Positions 38,217 to 47,041 of a stretch of 64,000 nucleotides of DNA are shown here, one piece after another. Where the stretch lies: contig JAJFKJ010000030.1 in the NCBI GenBank assembly GCA_021773275.1, positions 36,552 through 100,551 of the forward strand, in the 5' to 3' direction. Each line of letters begins with the position of its first letter. Within the stretch, counting starts at the first letter, position 1. The notes below the pieces were generated by a model. It saw only the letters and a program-made list of their open reading frames with translations. It did no database searches and had not been told where the DNA came from. This stretch comes from Gammaproteobacteria bacterium. Lineage in GTDB: Bacteria; Pseudomonadota; Gammaproteobacteria; JABCZS01. The translations under genes were made by a program, and so were the position numbers.

Positions 38217-38732
38217 ATGGTACATATACATCGGAGCAAAGAAAAGCCCTATCACGCACTGCTAAGCACAGTGTCACAAAATAGCTGGCACAGCTACGAA
38301 CCACAAGCCGACGCACCCGATGATGACAATGGTGCGCCAAGATTTGAATTTGTGCCTTTGAGTGAATACCGATCTATGCCCATCCACTTCTTTAAGCTTG
38401 CGCATGATTTACACGCTGAAACGGGTGAGCTCATCATGAAGGCGGGCTGGAATGTGCCTTGGTCTGTGATTTTAAAATATGGTAAAGCCATCTATATTCT
38501 TGACTCTGGCCGTAGCATTCTGTTTGACAAAATCATGATGGAGTACGGGCCTGGCTCGATCATAATCTTCACAGGTGAGGATGTCGACCTTGAGGAAATG
38601 ACGGATGCGTATGACGCAAGCTTTCACCTTGATACGGATGGTTATTATCAGGAAATGTTTAATACCCGTGGTATGCCAGTCAAGATTATGAAGACCTTTC
38701 AAGGCAAGCCACCACTTGTAGTGCGGATTTAA
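38217..38732 (+). CDS. Hypothetical protein between traW and traU, with local similarity to the TraC ATPase region
   Basis: Strong GAGGAG RBS; GKAIYILDSGRS and DGYYQEMFN resemble TraC segments. Confidence 0.6.
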   Translation: MVHIHRSKEKPYHALLSTVSQNSWHSYEPQADAPDDDNGAPRFEFVPLSEYRSMPIHFFKLAHDLHAETGELIMKAGWNVPWSVILKYGKAIYILDSGRSILFDKIMMEYGPGSIIIFTGEDVDLEEMTDAYDASFHLDTDGYYQEMFNTRGMPVKIMKTFQGKPPLVVRI

Positions 38733-38764
38733 AGTGATCTGATCACAAACGTGTGGTTGTTTTG

Positions 38765-39754
38765 ATGTGTAGACTTATTGCAGCACTGTTGGTTTTCATG
38801 CTGTCAATGGCTGGTGTTGCGAATGCAGGGTGTTATGGGCGTGTGGTAAACCCTGTGACAGAAGTCTGCTGGTCATGCATCTTCCCCATCACCATAGGCG
38901 ATACCAGTATCAGTGGCAGTGGTGATGATTTAGATACAGGCAACCCTGGTAAAGCGGGGTGTAAATGTCCTGATAAACCTTTCCCCCGCCTTGGCATCCA
39001 TTTGGGGTTTTGGGAGCCTGCAAGGCTTGTTGATGTAACACGTACCCCGTATTGTTTTGTCAGTCTCGGCGGCTTGCAGCTAACCCCCGGTGCGCAGCAG
39101 GGTACACAAAAGACAACCCCAGGACAAGCTAGGCGAAGCGAATATCATGTGCATGTATACCGTTACCCAATTTTGCGATTACTGGGTATGAGCTTTGGTG
39201 GTTGTACTGAGGATGGCCGTTTTGCATTGCTGTACGCAAGTGAGCTAGACCCTACCTGGCTTAATGATGAGCTGTCTTTTATCTTTAACCCAGAAGCAGC
39301 GCTTGTCGGTAATCTTGTATCACAATCGGCGTGCGCCGCAGATTGCACATCAGCTACCGCAGGATTTGCGCAAGATTCTCTTTACTGGTGCGCAGGGTGT
39401 CAAGGTTCAATGTTTCCTGTGACAGGGCATATCTCTAATCATGTGAGTAATGTGCAGGCAAGTTTATTAATAGCCCAGCGTGCAGCATTCAGATTACACC
39501 GTGAATTTGGTTCCACCATGCCAGGCACTATTGGTAAAGATGCGATGTGCGGGTATTACCGAATGCGAACGATGAAGAAATCTCAATATAAAACACAAAT
39601 GACATACCCCGCAACACCGAGTGATGGCAGCAGTTTTGCTTGTAATCCTATGGGTCGAAGCTCTGTCTTATGGGAATCTATGAAGTCTTACCCGATGGGC
39701 GGTGAGGATTTTTCTTACATACTTTGGCGAAAAAGGAACTGTTGTGCAAGTTAA
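38765..39754 (+). CDS. traU: TraU
   Basis: NPVTEVCWSCIFPITIG, GFWEPARLVD, SELDPTW, WRKRNCC. Confidence 0.95.
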   Translation: MCRLIAALLVFMLSMAGVANAGCYGRVVNPVTEVCWSCIFPITIGDTSISGSGDDLDTGNPGKAGCKCPDKPFPRLGIHLGFWEPARLVDVTRTPYCFVSLGGLQLTPGAQQGTQKTTPGQARRSEYHVHVYRYPILRLLGMSFGGCTEDGRFALLYASELDPTWLNDELSFIFNPEAALVGNLVSQSACAADCTSATAGFAQDSLYWCAGCQGSMFPVTGHISNHVSNVQASLLIAQRAAFRLHREFGSTMPGTIGKDAMCGYYRMRTMKKSQYKTQMTYPATPSDGSSFACNPMGRSSVLWESMKSYPMGGEDFSYILWRKRNCCAS

Positions 39755-40307
39755 AATATTATTCCTACTGCTATTAAGTTTAAATGCTTTTGCAGTTGAT
39801 GAGGCTAAATTACAAGCTCATGCACAAAACATCATGCAGCGGCAAATGAGCGAGCTTGAGACCCATAGTGGCAACATGAACCCAACACAGCTTGAACTGT
39901 TAGGGCAAAGTATTAACGAAACCCGTCTTTTCGTAGCCGTTAGCTTTTCGATGCCTGAAAAACTTATCTTAGATTACATCCATCAAGCAAAACAATATCA
40001 AGCTTATATTGTTTTCCAAGGCTTTAAAGAAAATGACCTTGCTAGCATGATGCGCCAATTATCTTATTGGGATGAAAAGTTTGATATATCACGTGTTCTT
40101 ATTGACCCCAACGTCTTTGAGTCTTTTGAGGTAATTAGTGCCCCTAGTATTATTTTGAGCCAGGATAGTTACCCATGCAGCACTGCACTATGTGAGGGGA
40201 AAGTCTTTGACAAACTGACGGGGAGTGTGAGCATAGAATACGCACTAAAACAATTTGCAAGCAAAGGAGATTTAAATAGTGAGGCGCAAGCATGGATAGG
40301 TCGTTGA
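39744..40307 (+). CDS. trbC: F-type TrbC pilus assembly protein
   Basis: FVAVSFSMP, IDPNVFESFEV..P, DKLTGSVSIEYAL. Confidence 0.9.
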   Translation: MQVKILFLLLLSLNAFAVDEAKLQAHAQNIMQRQMSELETHSGNMNPTQLELLGQSINETRLFVAVSFSMPEKLILDYIHQAKQYQAYIVFQGFKENDLASMMRQLSYWDEKFDISRVLIDPNVFESFEVISAPSIILSQDSYPCSTALCEGKVFDKLTGSVSIEYALKQFASKGDLNSEAQAWIGR

Positions 40308-41086
40308 AAGAATCAAAAAATATAACGTTTTATATATTAGCTTTGATTGTTTTATTATTGCTAAGCCATAATTTAGAAGCAAGGCCCTTTTATGATGACA
40401 GAGCGAAAGGTTGGCACTGGTATGAAATAAAGCAACTGCCTGAGACCCAGGTTTTAGATAACAACAAAGACACGCCTGTTACGCCCGAGCAAGCAAAATT
40501 TGAGCTTGAACAACTGCAACTTGAACTAGAAGGCGCAAAGGCACTTGCAGTGATGTACCCTACCTCTGAACATGTCAGTAATTATATCGAGCTGCACAAC
40601 GCTGTCATACAAAGAGCCAGCTTGTTTTCCAGTATCTGGCAACAGGTGGTCTGGCAAACGCCATCACTTGATTTCTCCATTAATAACCCAACCGATAACT
40701 CAGCCAGGCATGTGCATTACGATGTGAAAACGGTGAGTGATGCGCAAATGGTGGAGTCACTCAGCAATGAATACGGCCTATTCTTCTTTTTTAAGGAGTC
40801 TTGCCAATACTGCCATGCTTTTGCACCCGTCTTAAAAAACTTTGAGAACAAACACAATCTAACGGTGATGGCGGTATCTCTGGATGGAGGTTCATTGCCT
40901 GAATACCCTAATGCGCAGCTCGATAATGGTATGGCAGCTGAGCTGGGTGTTGAGGTCGTGCCCGCTGTCTATGCTGTGCACCCTAGAAAAAACCACGTTA
41001 TCCCGATATCCCATGGCTTTGTTAGCGAAGCAGAGCTATTGCGCCGCATGAGCACACTGGCCAACAAGCAAGGAGAGTTGCAATGA
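40292..41086 (+). CDS. traF: TraF (thioredoxin-like)
   Basis: GWHWY, GLFFFFKESCQYCH, VSLDG, VPA. Confidence 0.93.
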   Translation: MDRSLKESKNITFYILALIVLLLLSHNLEARPFYDDRAKGWHWYEIKQLPETQVLDNNKDTPVTPEQAKFELEQLQLELEGAKALAVMYPTSEHVSNYIELHNAVIQRASLFSSIWQQVVWQTPSLDFSINNPTDNSARHVHYDVKTVSDAQMVESLSNEYGLFFFFKESCQYCHAFAPVLKNFENKHNLTVMAVSLDGGSLPEYPNAQLDNGMAAELGVEVVPAVYAVHPRKNHVIPISHGFVSEAELLRRMSTLANKQGELQ

Positions 41087-42483
41087 GAATCATGACAGTA
41101 TTAAAAAAACTATCGTGCAGCCTGCTTTTAATTAGCACACAAGCTATTGCTGATATCAGTAGTGATATGACAAGCTTTTTTAACTCACTCGGTTTTCAAA
41201 GTAATATGACAGGTGCGGGCGCATACCAAGGCCAGACGGCAGGTCTTTATACTGGCGGGCAGCTCTTCGCACGTCAAGAAGTGCGGCAGATGAATTTAGG
41301 CCATCTTGAATTTCCTTCGTATCGCGGTGGGTGTGGCGGTATTGATATGTATATGGGTGGCTTTAGCTTCATTAATGCTGATGAGCTTGTGAACATGTTT
41401 GAAGCTATTGGAAATAACGCCTTGGGCTTTACCTGGCTTTTAGCCATGGACACCATTTCACCTGCCATAAATGGCGCTACTCAAAATATGCAAAATCTTG
41501 CTAGTCAAATTAACTCATTCAACATTAACTCTTGTGAAACTGCTGCCAGTTTGGTGGGCGGCATGTGGCCCAAAACAGACGAGGCACAAAAACAAGTTTG
41601 TGCAAACATTGGCGCAAGCCAGGGTATCTTTTCAGATTATGCAGCGGCAAAGCAAGGTTGCGGTGCTGAAGGCCAGCGGGCCAAGATATTGCGTGATAAC
41701 AAAGAAGGTGAGTTTAAAGAATATATTCAGGATGACACCAATATTGCTTGGAAAGCTATAGAGAAAAATGATTTTCTAAAGAACGACTACCAACTAGCAG
41801 AACTTTTCATGTCATTAACAGGAACAGTGGTAATTAATGTGCCAGGGGATGACAAAACCCAGCCAAGATACGCTTACCATCATCCGCTTGTAGAGCGCAG
41901 TGGCATTATTTCAGCACTAATGTACGGCGGTGAAGCGAACATTTATCATTGCAGTGAATATGGTAAGTGTTTAGATGTGACGCAGAGCGTTGTAAGGGTT
42001 AACGAGGAGAGCGGCTTTGTTTATCAAGTACAAGAAATACTGCAAGCTATCACGATAAAGACCGCAAGGGACGATGTTGCCCTATCTGAGGAGGAGATTG
42101 CTTTTTTGGGGGCCACCAGCTTGCCTATTTACAAGATTCTGAATGTTGAGGCGGCTTATTCAACCAGCGGTAGCTTATTAAACTTGCACAGTTACGCCGA
42201 GATGATTGCTCTTGATATCCTCTATCAGTACTTGACTGAGACAATAGACGTTATGCTGGCAAGCTCACAAATGCTTCATATAAACGAAGAGTTAATGAGG
42301 CCCTACAAAGAAGGGCTTAAAGACGCCAAACAGAGCATTTATCGGCTGCAATCAGCCACTAAAAACGATTTAACTAAAAATATTGATTTAATACAACGCA
42401 CAAAGGCGCTTGAGCAAGAGCTTTCCGGTAAGCTTTCATCGCACTTGGTCCATGTGCTGGGTTGGGGGCATGGAGTACGCTAA
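41083..42483 (+). CDS. traH: TraH
   Basis: YQGQTAGLYTGG, GCGGIDMYMGGFSFIN, NINSCE. Confidence 0.95.
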   Translation: MRIMTVLKKLSCSLLLISTQAIADISSDMTSFFNSLGFQSNMTGAGAYQGQTAGLYTGGQLFARQEVRQMNLGHLEFPSYRGGCGGIDMYMGGFSFINADELVNMFEAIGNNALGFTWLLAMDTISPAINGATQNMQNLASQINSFNINSCETAASLVGGMWPKTDEAQKQVCANIGASQGIFSDYAAAKQGCGAEGQRAKILRDNKEGEFKEYIQDDTNIAWKAIEKNDFLKNDYQLAELFMSLTGTVVINVPGDDKTQPRYAYHHPLVERSGIISALMYGGEANIYHCSEYGKCLDVTQSVVRVNEESGFVYQVQEILQAITIKTARDDVALSEEEIAFLGATSLPIYKILNVEAAYSTSGSLLNLHSYAEMIALDILYQYLTETIDVMLASSQMLHINEELMRPYKEGLKDAKQSIYRLQSATKNDLTKNIDLIQRTKALEQELSGKLSSHLVHVLGWGHGVR

Positions 42484-45185
42484 TGTATGAATTAATCACG
42501 TATGGAGCAGGCGATAAGTTCTGGGAATTTTTTAATGGTATTTCTGCAGTTGTTGGTGATAGTAGCTATATCACCATTGTGCAAATCGCAGCTTTTTTTG
42601 CATTTGCCATGGCCATCTTTCAGGTAGCCTTTAAGGTTGAAATCAAGCCCATCATGCATTGGTTTTTCGCTTTTTTCTTAACTTTTAATATTATGTTGGT
42701 GCCCAAGGTAGACCTGCTAATTACCGACCGTGCCATGGGTGATAGACAATACGTGGTATCTAATACCCCGTTTGGCCTGACAATTTTTGTGAGTACTTTT
42801 AGTCAAATCGGCGACAAACTAACACGCCTTACGGAAACTGTTTTTACCACGCCAGATGATTTAAAATATCATCAGTCTGGCACATTGATGGCAGCCAGTC
42901 TTATTGAAACGGCCAGTCGTTACCAGGTCACCAGCCCACAAATGGCAAAAAACTTGGACAGTTTTATGCGACAGTGTGTGCAATACGATATCCTCATGAA
43001 TAAGTACACGCTTGATGATGTGTTTAATGAAGGTGACTTATGGCAATTTTTCAAAGATACCGCAAGCCCAGCAAGAGCTTTTTTATATAATGATGACATA
43101 ACTACTTGTAGCGCAGGTTCGGACAAGCTTTCAGATGATTGGGCCATCGAGTTAGAGCAGGCAAAGCTTATCTATGGCCAGCGGTTTTTTTCTGAAACGC
43201 TTGATCCCAAAGCATCGCTTATCAAATATCTGCCCATTAGCTACCAATACATGGGCAATCTATCAGGCAGTGCTACCGACATCATGCAACAGAATATGAT
43301 AATTAATGCATTTCACGATTCAGTGCTTAATCAGGGCGCACAAGCTGGGGCCGCAGCAGCTGTTGAAAGCTATGGCACGGCAAGAGCGTTACAGCAGCAA
43401 CGCGCGGCCTATGGTATTAGCGGTAGGCTTGCTACACATGCCCTGCCGCTACTAAAGAGTGTGATTGAAATACTTATTTATGGCTGCTTCTTATTAGTAT
43501 TCCCTATTATGCTATTACCCAATAGCTGGCCCATCATTAAAAACTATCTGCTGAGTTTGTTCTGGGTGCAATCGTGGGGGCCGTTGTATGCGGTGCTAAA
43601 CCTGTTTACAAATCTTGATGCACGAAAAGCGTTGACTGGGCTTATCGAGTCACCGCATTTGGAGCTTTCGGCTATTACTATTGCAAGCCTACCTGGTATC
43701 GAGCAGGTGGCAAGCGATCGTGCGCTCATGGCAGCCTACCTTTCGATGTTTGTGCCAGTGATATCGTTCTCACTTATTATGACGGGCCGCGCTTATTTCC
43801 CACTTCTTGCGACACAAATTGCAGGTGCCACACAATCCGCTGCCAACACAGGGGCCGAGGAAGCCACTACTGGCAATTACAATTTGGGCAATGTGTCACT
43901 GGATAACACCAATGCTTATAACACATCAGGATTTCACACCAATACTAATATGACCTACGCATCTGATATGCTTACCATGCAAACGCAACAAGGCGGTCAG
44001 CAAATATTGGCACCTGATGGTGAGATGATGATTAATAATCAAGGCGCTATATCATCATTAAATACTAGTGTTAATCTTGGTAGCCGTGTTAGCGAATCAC
44101 TCGCCCAAAGTCATGAAGAAACATTGACTCATGGACAAAATCAGATGATAAGCTCCTATAATGCGATGAGCCAAACAGCCAGCGAAGTATATGAAAAAGG
44201 CGATGCGATTGCCAGTATTCAACAAAATGATGCGACATGGAGCAACACACAGCTCACAGCAGAACAGCAATCAGCCTTAGACTTTAAAAATCAAACAGAT
44301 ACCCTGATGGCCGATAATGGCTGGAATTTAAGTGAAGCCACAAATGCGCAAGCAGGATTTTCACTTGGAATTGGTAATCGCGCAGCTAATGCTGGCATTA
44401 GTTTAAATAGAGCGTTTTCAGATGCTGAGCAACAGTCTTGGGGGGTTGCGAGCCAAGCCGTTGATCAACAAACCCTGCAAAGTCATCTTGAGCTGGGTTC
44501 ACGTAGTGAGCATGCAGGCAGCGAACGACAAACAGGCGAGGAATCAGCGCGTGTGAGTGAAACAGATCGCACCAGCTTTGATGAAGCAATGGGCCTTCGA
44601 GATGAGGCGAGTGAAACGCTATCTAAGGCGCAAAGCATTCGTGAGGCGATGAGCAAAGTCGAAGAGCAATCTGCATCGCTTAACACAAGAGCCGATCAGC
44701 TTGTAATCAATGCCCTGCAAGACGAGGTCAACCCCGACACCGGCAAGGGCTATACAACCGCAGAGCTAGCTGAGATCGATAGTCGTAAACCGGAGCTTAT
44801 GAAAGGTTTGGCACAAAAGGCCGTTGATAAAATAGCCGAGAAATTCATTAAATCGCCTAATACCGACCAGGCAGCAATAACAGAAAGGTTTGAGCAAAGC
44901 CGTAATAAAATGAAGCAAGCCACGGAAAGCAACGTAAAAAGCCAGCATGATAAGAAAAAAGAGGGGTTAAAAGAAGAGGTAGCGCTTGAAAATATTGGTA
45001 AGAATCCGTTAAACTATGAGCCAAGGGATGTCGTTGAAGCCCAGAGAGAGAAGGCAAGAGACGGCATGAATGCTCGAGAAGCTGAGCTTGCTGGTAGACA
45101 TGATACGCAAGCACAGAAGGTTAAGAAGCGGCACCGCTATAAAGAAGATAGCAAGCCACCAAATGATGCGGGAGACAAATCATGA
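42483..45185 (+). CDS. traG: TraG mating-pair stabilisation protein
   Basis: Multi-TM N-terminal domain (VSNTPFGL, WVQSWGPLYAVLN) plus long polar C-terminus; TAATG coupling to traH. Confidence 0.93.
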   Translation: MYELITYGAGDKFWEFFNGISAVVGDSSYITIVQIAAFFAFAMAIFQVAFKVEIKPIMHWFFAFFLTFNIMLVPKVDLLITDRAMGDRQYVVSNTPFGLTIFVSTFSQIGDKLTRLTETVFTTPDDLKYHQSGTLMAASLIETASRYQVTSPQMAKNLDSFMRQCVQYDILMNKYTLDDVFNEGDLWQFFKDTASPARAFLYNDDITTCSAGSDKLSDDWAIELEQAKLIYGQRFFSETLDPKASLIKYLPISYQYMGNLSGSATDIMQQNMIINAFHDSVLNQGAQAGAAAAVESYGTARALQQQRAAYGISGRLATHALPLLKSVIEILIYGCFLLVFPIMLLPNSWPIIKNYLLSLFWVQSWGPLYAVLNLFTNLDARKALTGLIESPHLELSAITIASLPGIEQVASDRALMAAYLSMFVPVISFSLIMTGRAYFPLLATQIAGATQSAANTGAEEATTGNYNLGNVSLDNTNAYNTSGFHTNTNMTYASDMLTMQTQQGGQQILAPDGEMMINNQGAISSLNTSVNLGSRVSESLAQSHEETLTHGQNQMISSYNAMSQTASEVYEKGDAIASIQQNDATWSNTQLTAEQQSALDFKNQTDTLMADNGWNLSEATNAQAGFSLGIGNRAANAGISLNRAFSDAEQQSWGVASQAVDQQTLQSHLELGSRSEHAGSERQTGEESARVSETDRTSFDEAMGLRDEASETLSKAQSIREAMSKVEEQSASLNTRADQLVINALQDEVNPDTGKGYTTAELAEIDSRKPELMKGLAQKAVDKIAEKFIKSPNTDQAAITERFEQSRNKMKQATESNVKSQHDKKKEGLKEEVALENIGKNPLNYEPRDVVEAQREKARDGMNAREAELAGRHDTQAQKVKKRHRYKEDSKPPNDAGDKS

Positions 45186-45493
45186 GCTATGACAACTTTG
45201 ATGATAGAGAATCAGACGAAGAATCCGGCAAAAGCTTGATTGATACGATAGTCGCTGTTGTCCATAAAAAGGCATTTCCTATTGCAATTATCGTTATTTT
45301 TGCAATCATATTTTTCTCGATGACCCTTTCCGGCCCTGGCAGAGCATGGGTGAAGGTTTTGTTTGTTGTAGGCTCGCTTCCTGCATTTTTTATAGGTGCA
45401 GTTCAGCTAGGCATAATATCTGATGCAGCTCCAAGCCTGCGCGAGGCATATAAGCGGCTTAAGAAGGAATTTCCGGCTGATAAAAATGGTTAA
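45182..45493 (+). CDS. Small two-TM protein, candidate entry-exclusion protein
   Basis: ATGA-coupled to traG, the position of traS in F-type systems. Confidence 0.5.
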   Translation: MSYDNFDDRESDEESGKSLIDTIVAVVHKKAFPIAIIVIFAIIFFSMTLSGPGRAWVKVLFVVGSLPAFFIGAVQLGIISDAAPSLREAYKRLKKEFPADKNG

Positions 45494-45508
45494 CTTGAGG
45501 TCGAACAT

Positions 45509-46081
45509 GTGTCTACTGTAAACGCTTTTATATTTGAATTTATAAAACATGCTCTTTCTAGTAGGTTGCGCTATTGCGTTTTCTCCTTCCTGATAGGCCT
45601 GGCCATTATTGCCAACAGGATATTTGAGTTTAGCGAGCAATTAAATCTTTTAATTCAACCCGTAGAAGGGCTGGTTCATCTGATGGTGTTAGTTTCTTTT
45701 GTACTGCTATTGATGAATGGGTGTTTCTCATTTGAAGCATGGTCTGCGAAAAGATTAAACGATCGAAAAATAAATCAGGCCAAAGAAAAAGATATAAAAA
45801 TATTAAGAGGGCTCCCAGGTGTAGCAAGAGATGTTTTGTATAACTCTGTAGAGTATACAAGAGTGCCCGATATTGTATATCACAAGATTTACTCATCTTC
45901 TGAAGAAGATATGAGGCGGCATAATGAGGGGGTTGACGCTCTTTACAAGGCAAACATTGTAGATTATATTGGTCCAGGGAAATGGGGCGCGTTTTCATCC
46001 GGGTCTCAAGGTCGTTATAGAATTAAAAGCTCTGTTTGGGAGATTATCGCGCGGAATAGCTCCATATTTTCCTCGGATTAA
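45509..46081 (+). CDS. SieB-like superinfection exclusion membrane protein
   Basis: Two N-terminal TMs, then L..L...R.VL, V.AL...IV, YRIKSSVWE.I pattern. Confidence 0.5.
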   Translation: MSTVNAFIFEFIKHALSSRLRYCVFSFLIGLAIIANRIFEFSEQLNLLIQPVEGLVHLMVLVSFVLLLMNGCFSFEAWSAKRLNDRKINQAKEKDIKILRGLPGVARDVLYNSVEYTRVPDIVYHKIYSSSEEDMRRHNEGVDALYKANIVDYIGPGKWGAFSSGSQGRYRIKSSVWEIIARNSSIFSSD

Positions 46082-46101
46082 AAAATTAACATAAAATCAT
46101 T

Positions 46102-46773
46102 TTGAGGTGCCTATTGAAACCTTTATCAATCATATTTTTAAATATAACCATTTCTTTAATGCTTATCTCATTTTATGTGGGGGCATTTGTTGCTGAGAAT
46201 CCTGTCTTCAGCAGTATAATCCAGACACTGACGTTATTCGCGATAACAGCGACATTAATTTTTTATTATTATCAATATAAAAGGAATTCATGTTGGAACC
46301 ATTCAACAGAATCCCACAAGCTTGCAAATGATCTTTTTGCTAAATTCAGTCATAGGTGGCATCCTAATAAACCACACGAAAATATAGCGTATACCTATGC
46401 CTATATGGATGGATTAATATATTCATCTAACATGCTGCTTGTTGCTCAAATTATAAAGAATGAGCCATTCAAATTTCTTGTGAAGGATTTAATAAAAAGT
46501 GTAAAAGCTAGAGTGAAGGATATATTTCCATTCGCAGAGGTTGACTGGAAAGAATGGCTGAAATATATTAATAAAAATTTTGAAAAAAATGAGGTGAGAA
46601 TTATTTTACATGTGCTTGCTTGGTCCGCTAGAGATAAAATTAGTCTTTATAAACCCAGTGAAAAAATTACCGAAAATGATATTCACTTAATGATTGGCTC
46701 CCAACACTATGAAGATGGCATGCGTAAAGATGAAATCGTTTCACGTATTCAGAATATTTGTAACGAAACTTAA
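46102..46773 (+). CDS. Hypothetical membrane protein (AT-rich cargo)
   Basis: Two N-terminal TMs; start codon uncertain. Confidence 0.6.
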   Translation: MRCLLKPLSIIFLNITISLMLISFYVGAFVAENPVFSSIIQTLTLFAITATLIFYYYQYKRNSCWNHSTESHKLANDLFAKFSHRWHPNKPHENIAYTYAYMDGLIYSSNMLLVAQIIKNEPFKFLVKDLIKSVKARVKDIFPFAEVDWKEWLKYINKNFEKNEVRIILHVLAWSARDKISLYKPSEKITENDIHLMIGSQHYEDGMRKDEIVSRIQNICNET

Positions 46774-47041
46774 TAATGAAGAAAAACCATGTTAAAACAT
46801 CAAATTAATGCGCCCAGCTAGAGCAAGCTTCTTTGTGACGTTAGGCCAAAGCTTTCCGAACGAGCGCGGTGGCTTACAAGTGCTTTTAGTCATAAAAGAC
46901 TAGTATCTTTACGCGTGAATGGATGCGGTGGGGTAAATATGGAGACTTTACAGGTGGATTTAACTGTTTCAGTTTTTACGGTTTGCAACATAACTTTTAG
47001 TGCGACCAATTATAGCGCCATTTTTAGAAATGGTGGTTCCT

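Noticed and set aside
46975-47041. Integron attC site after the ATPase gene
   Set aside because: A GTTATGT core exists on the minus strand but there is no matching inverse core or extended palindrome
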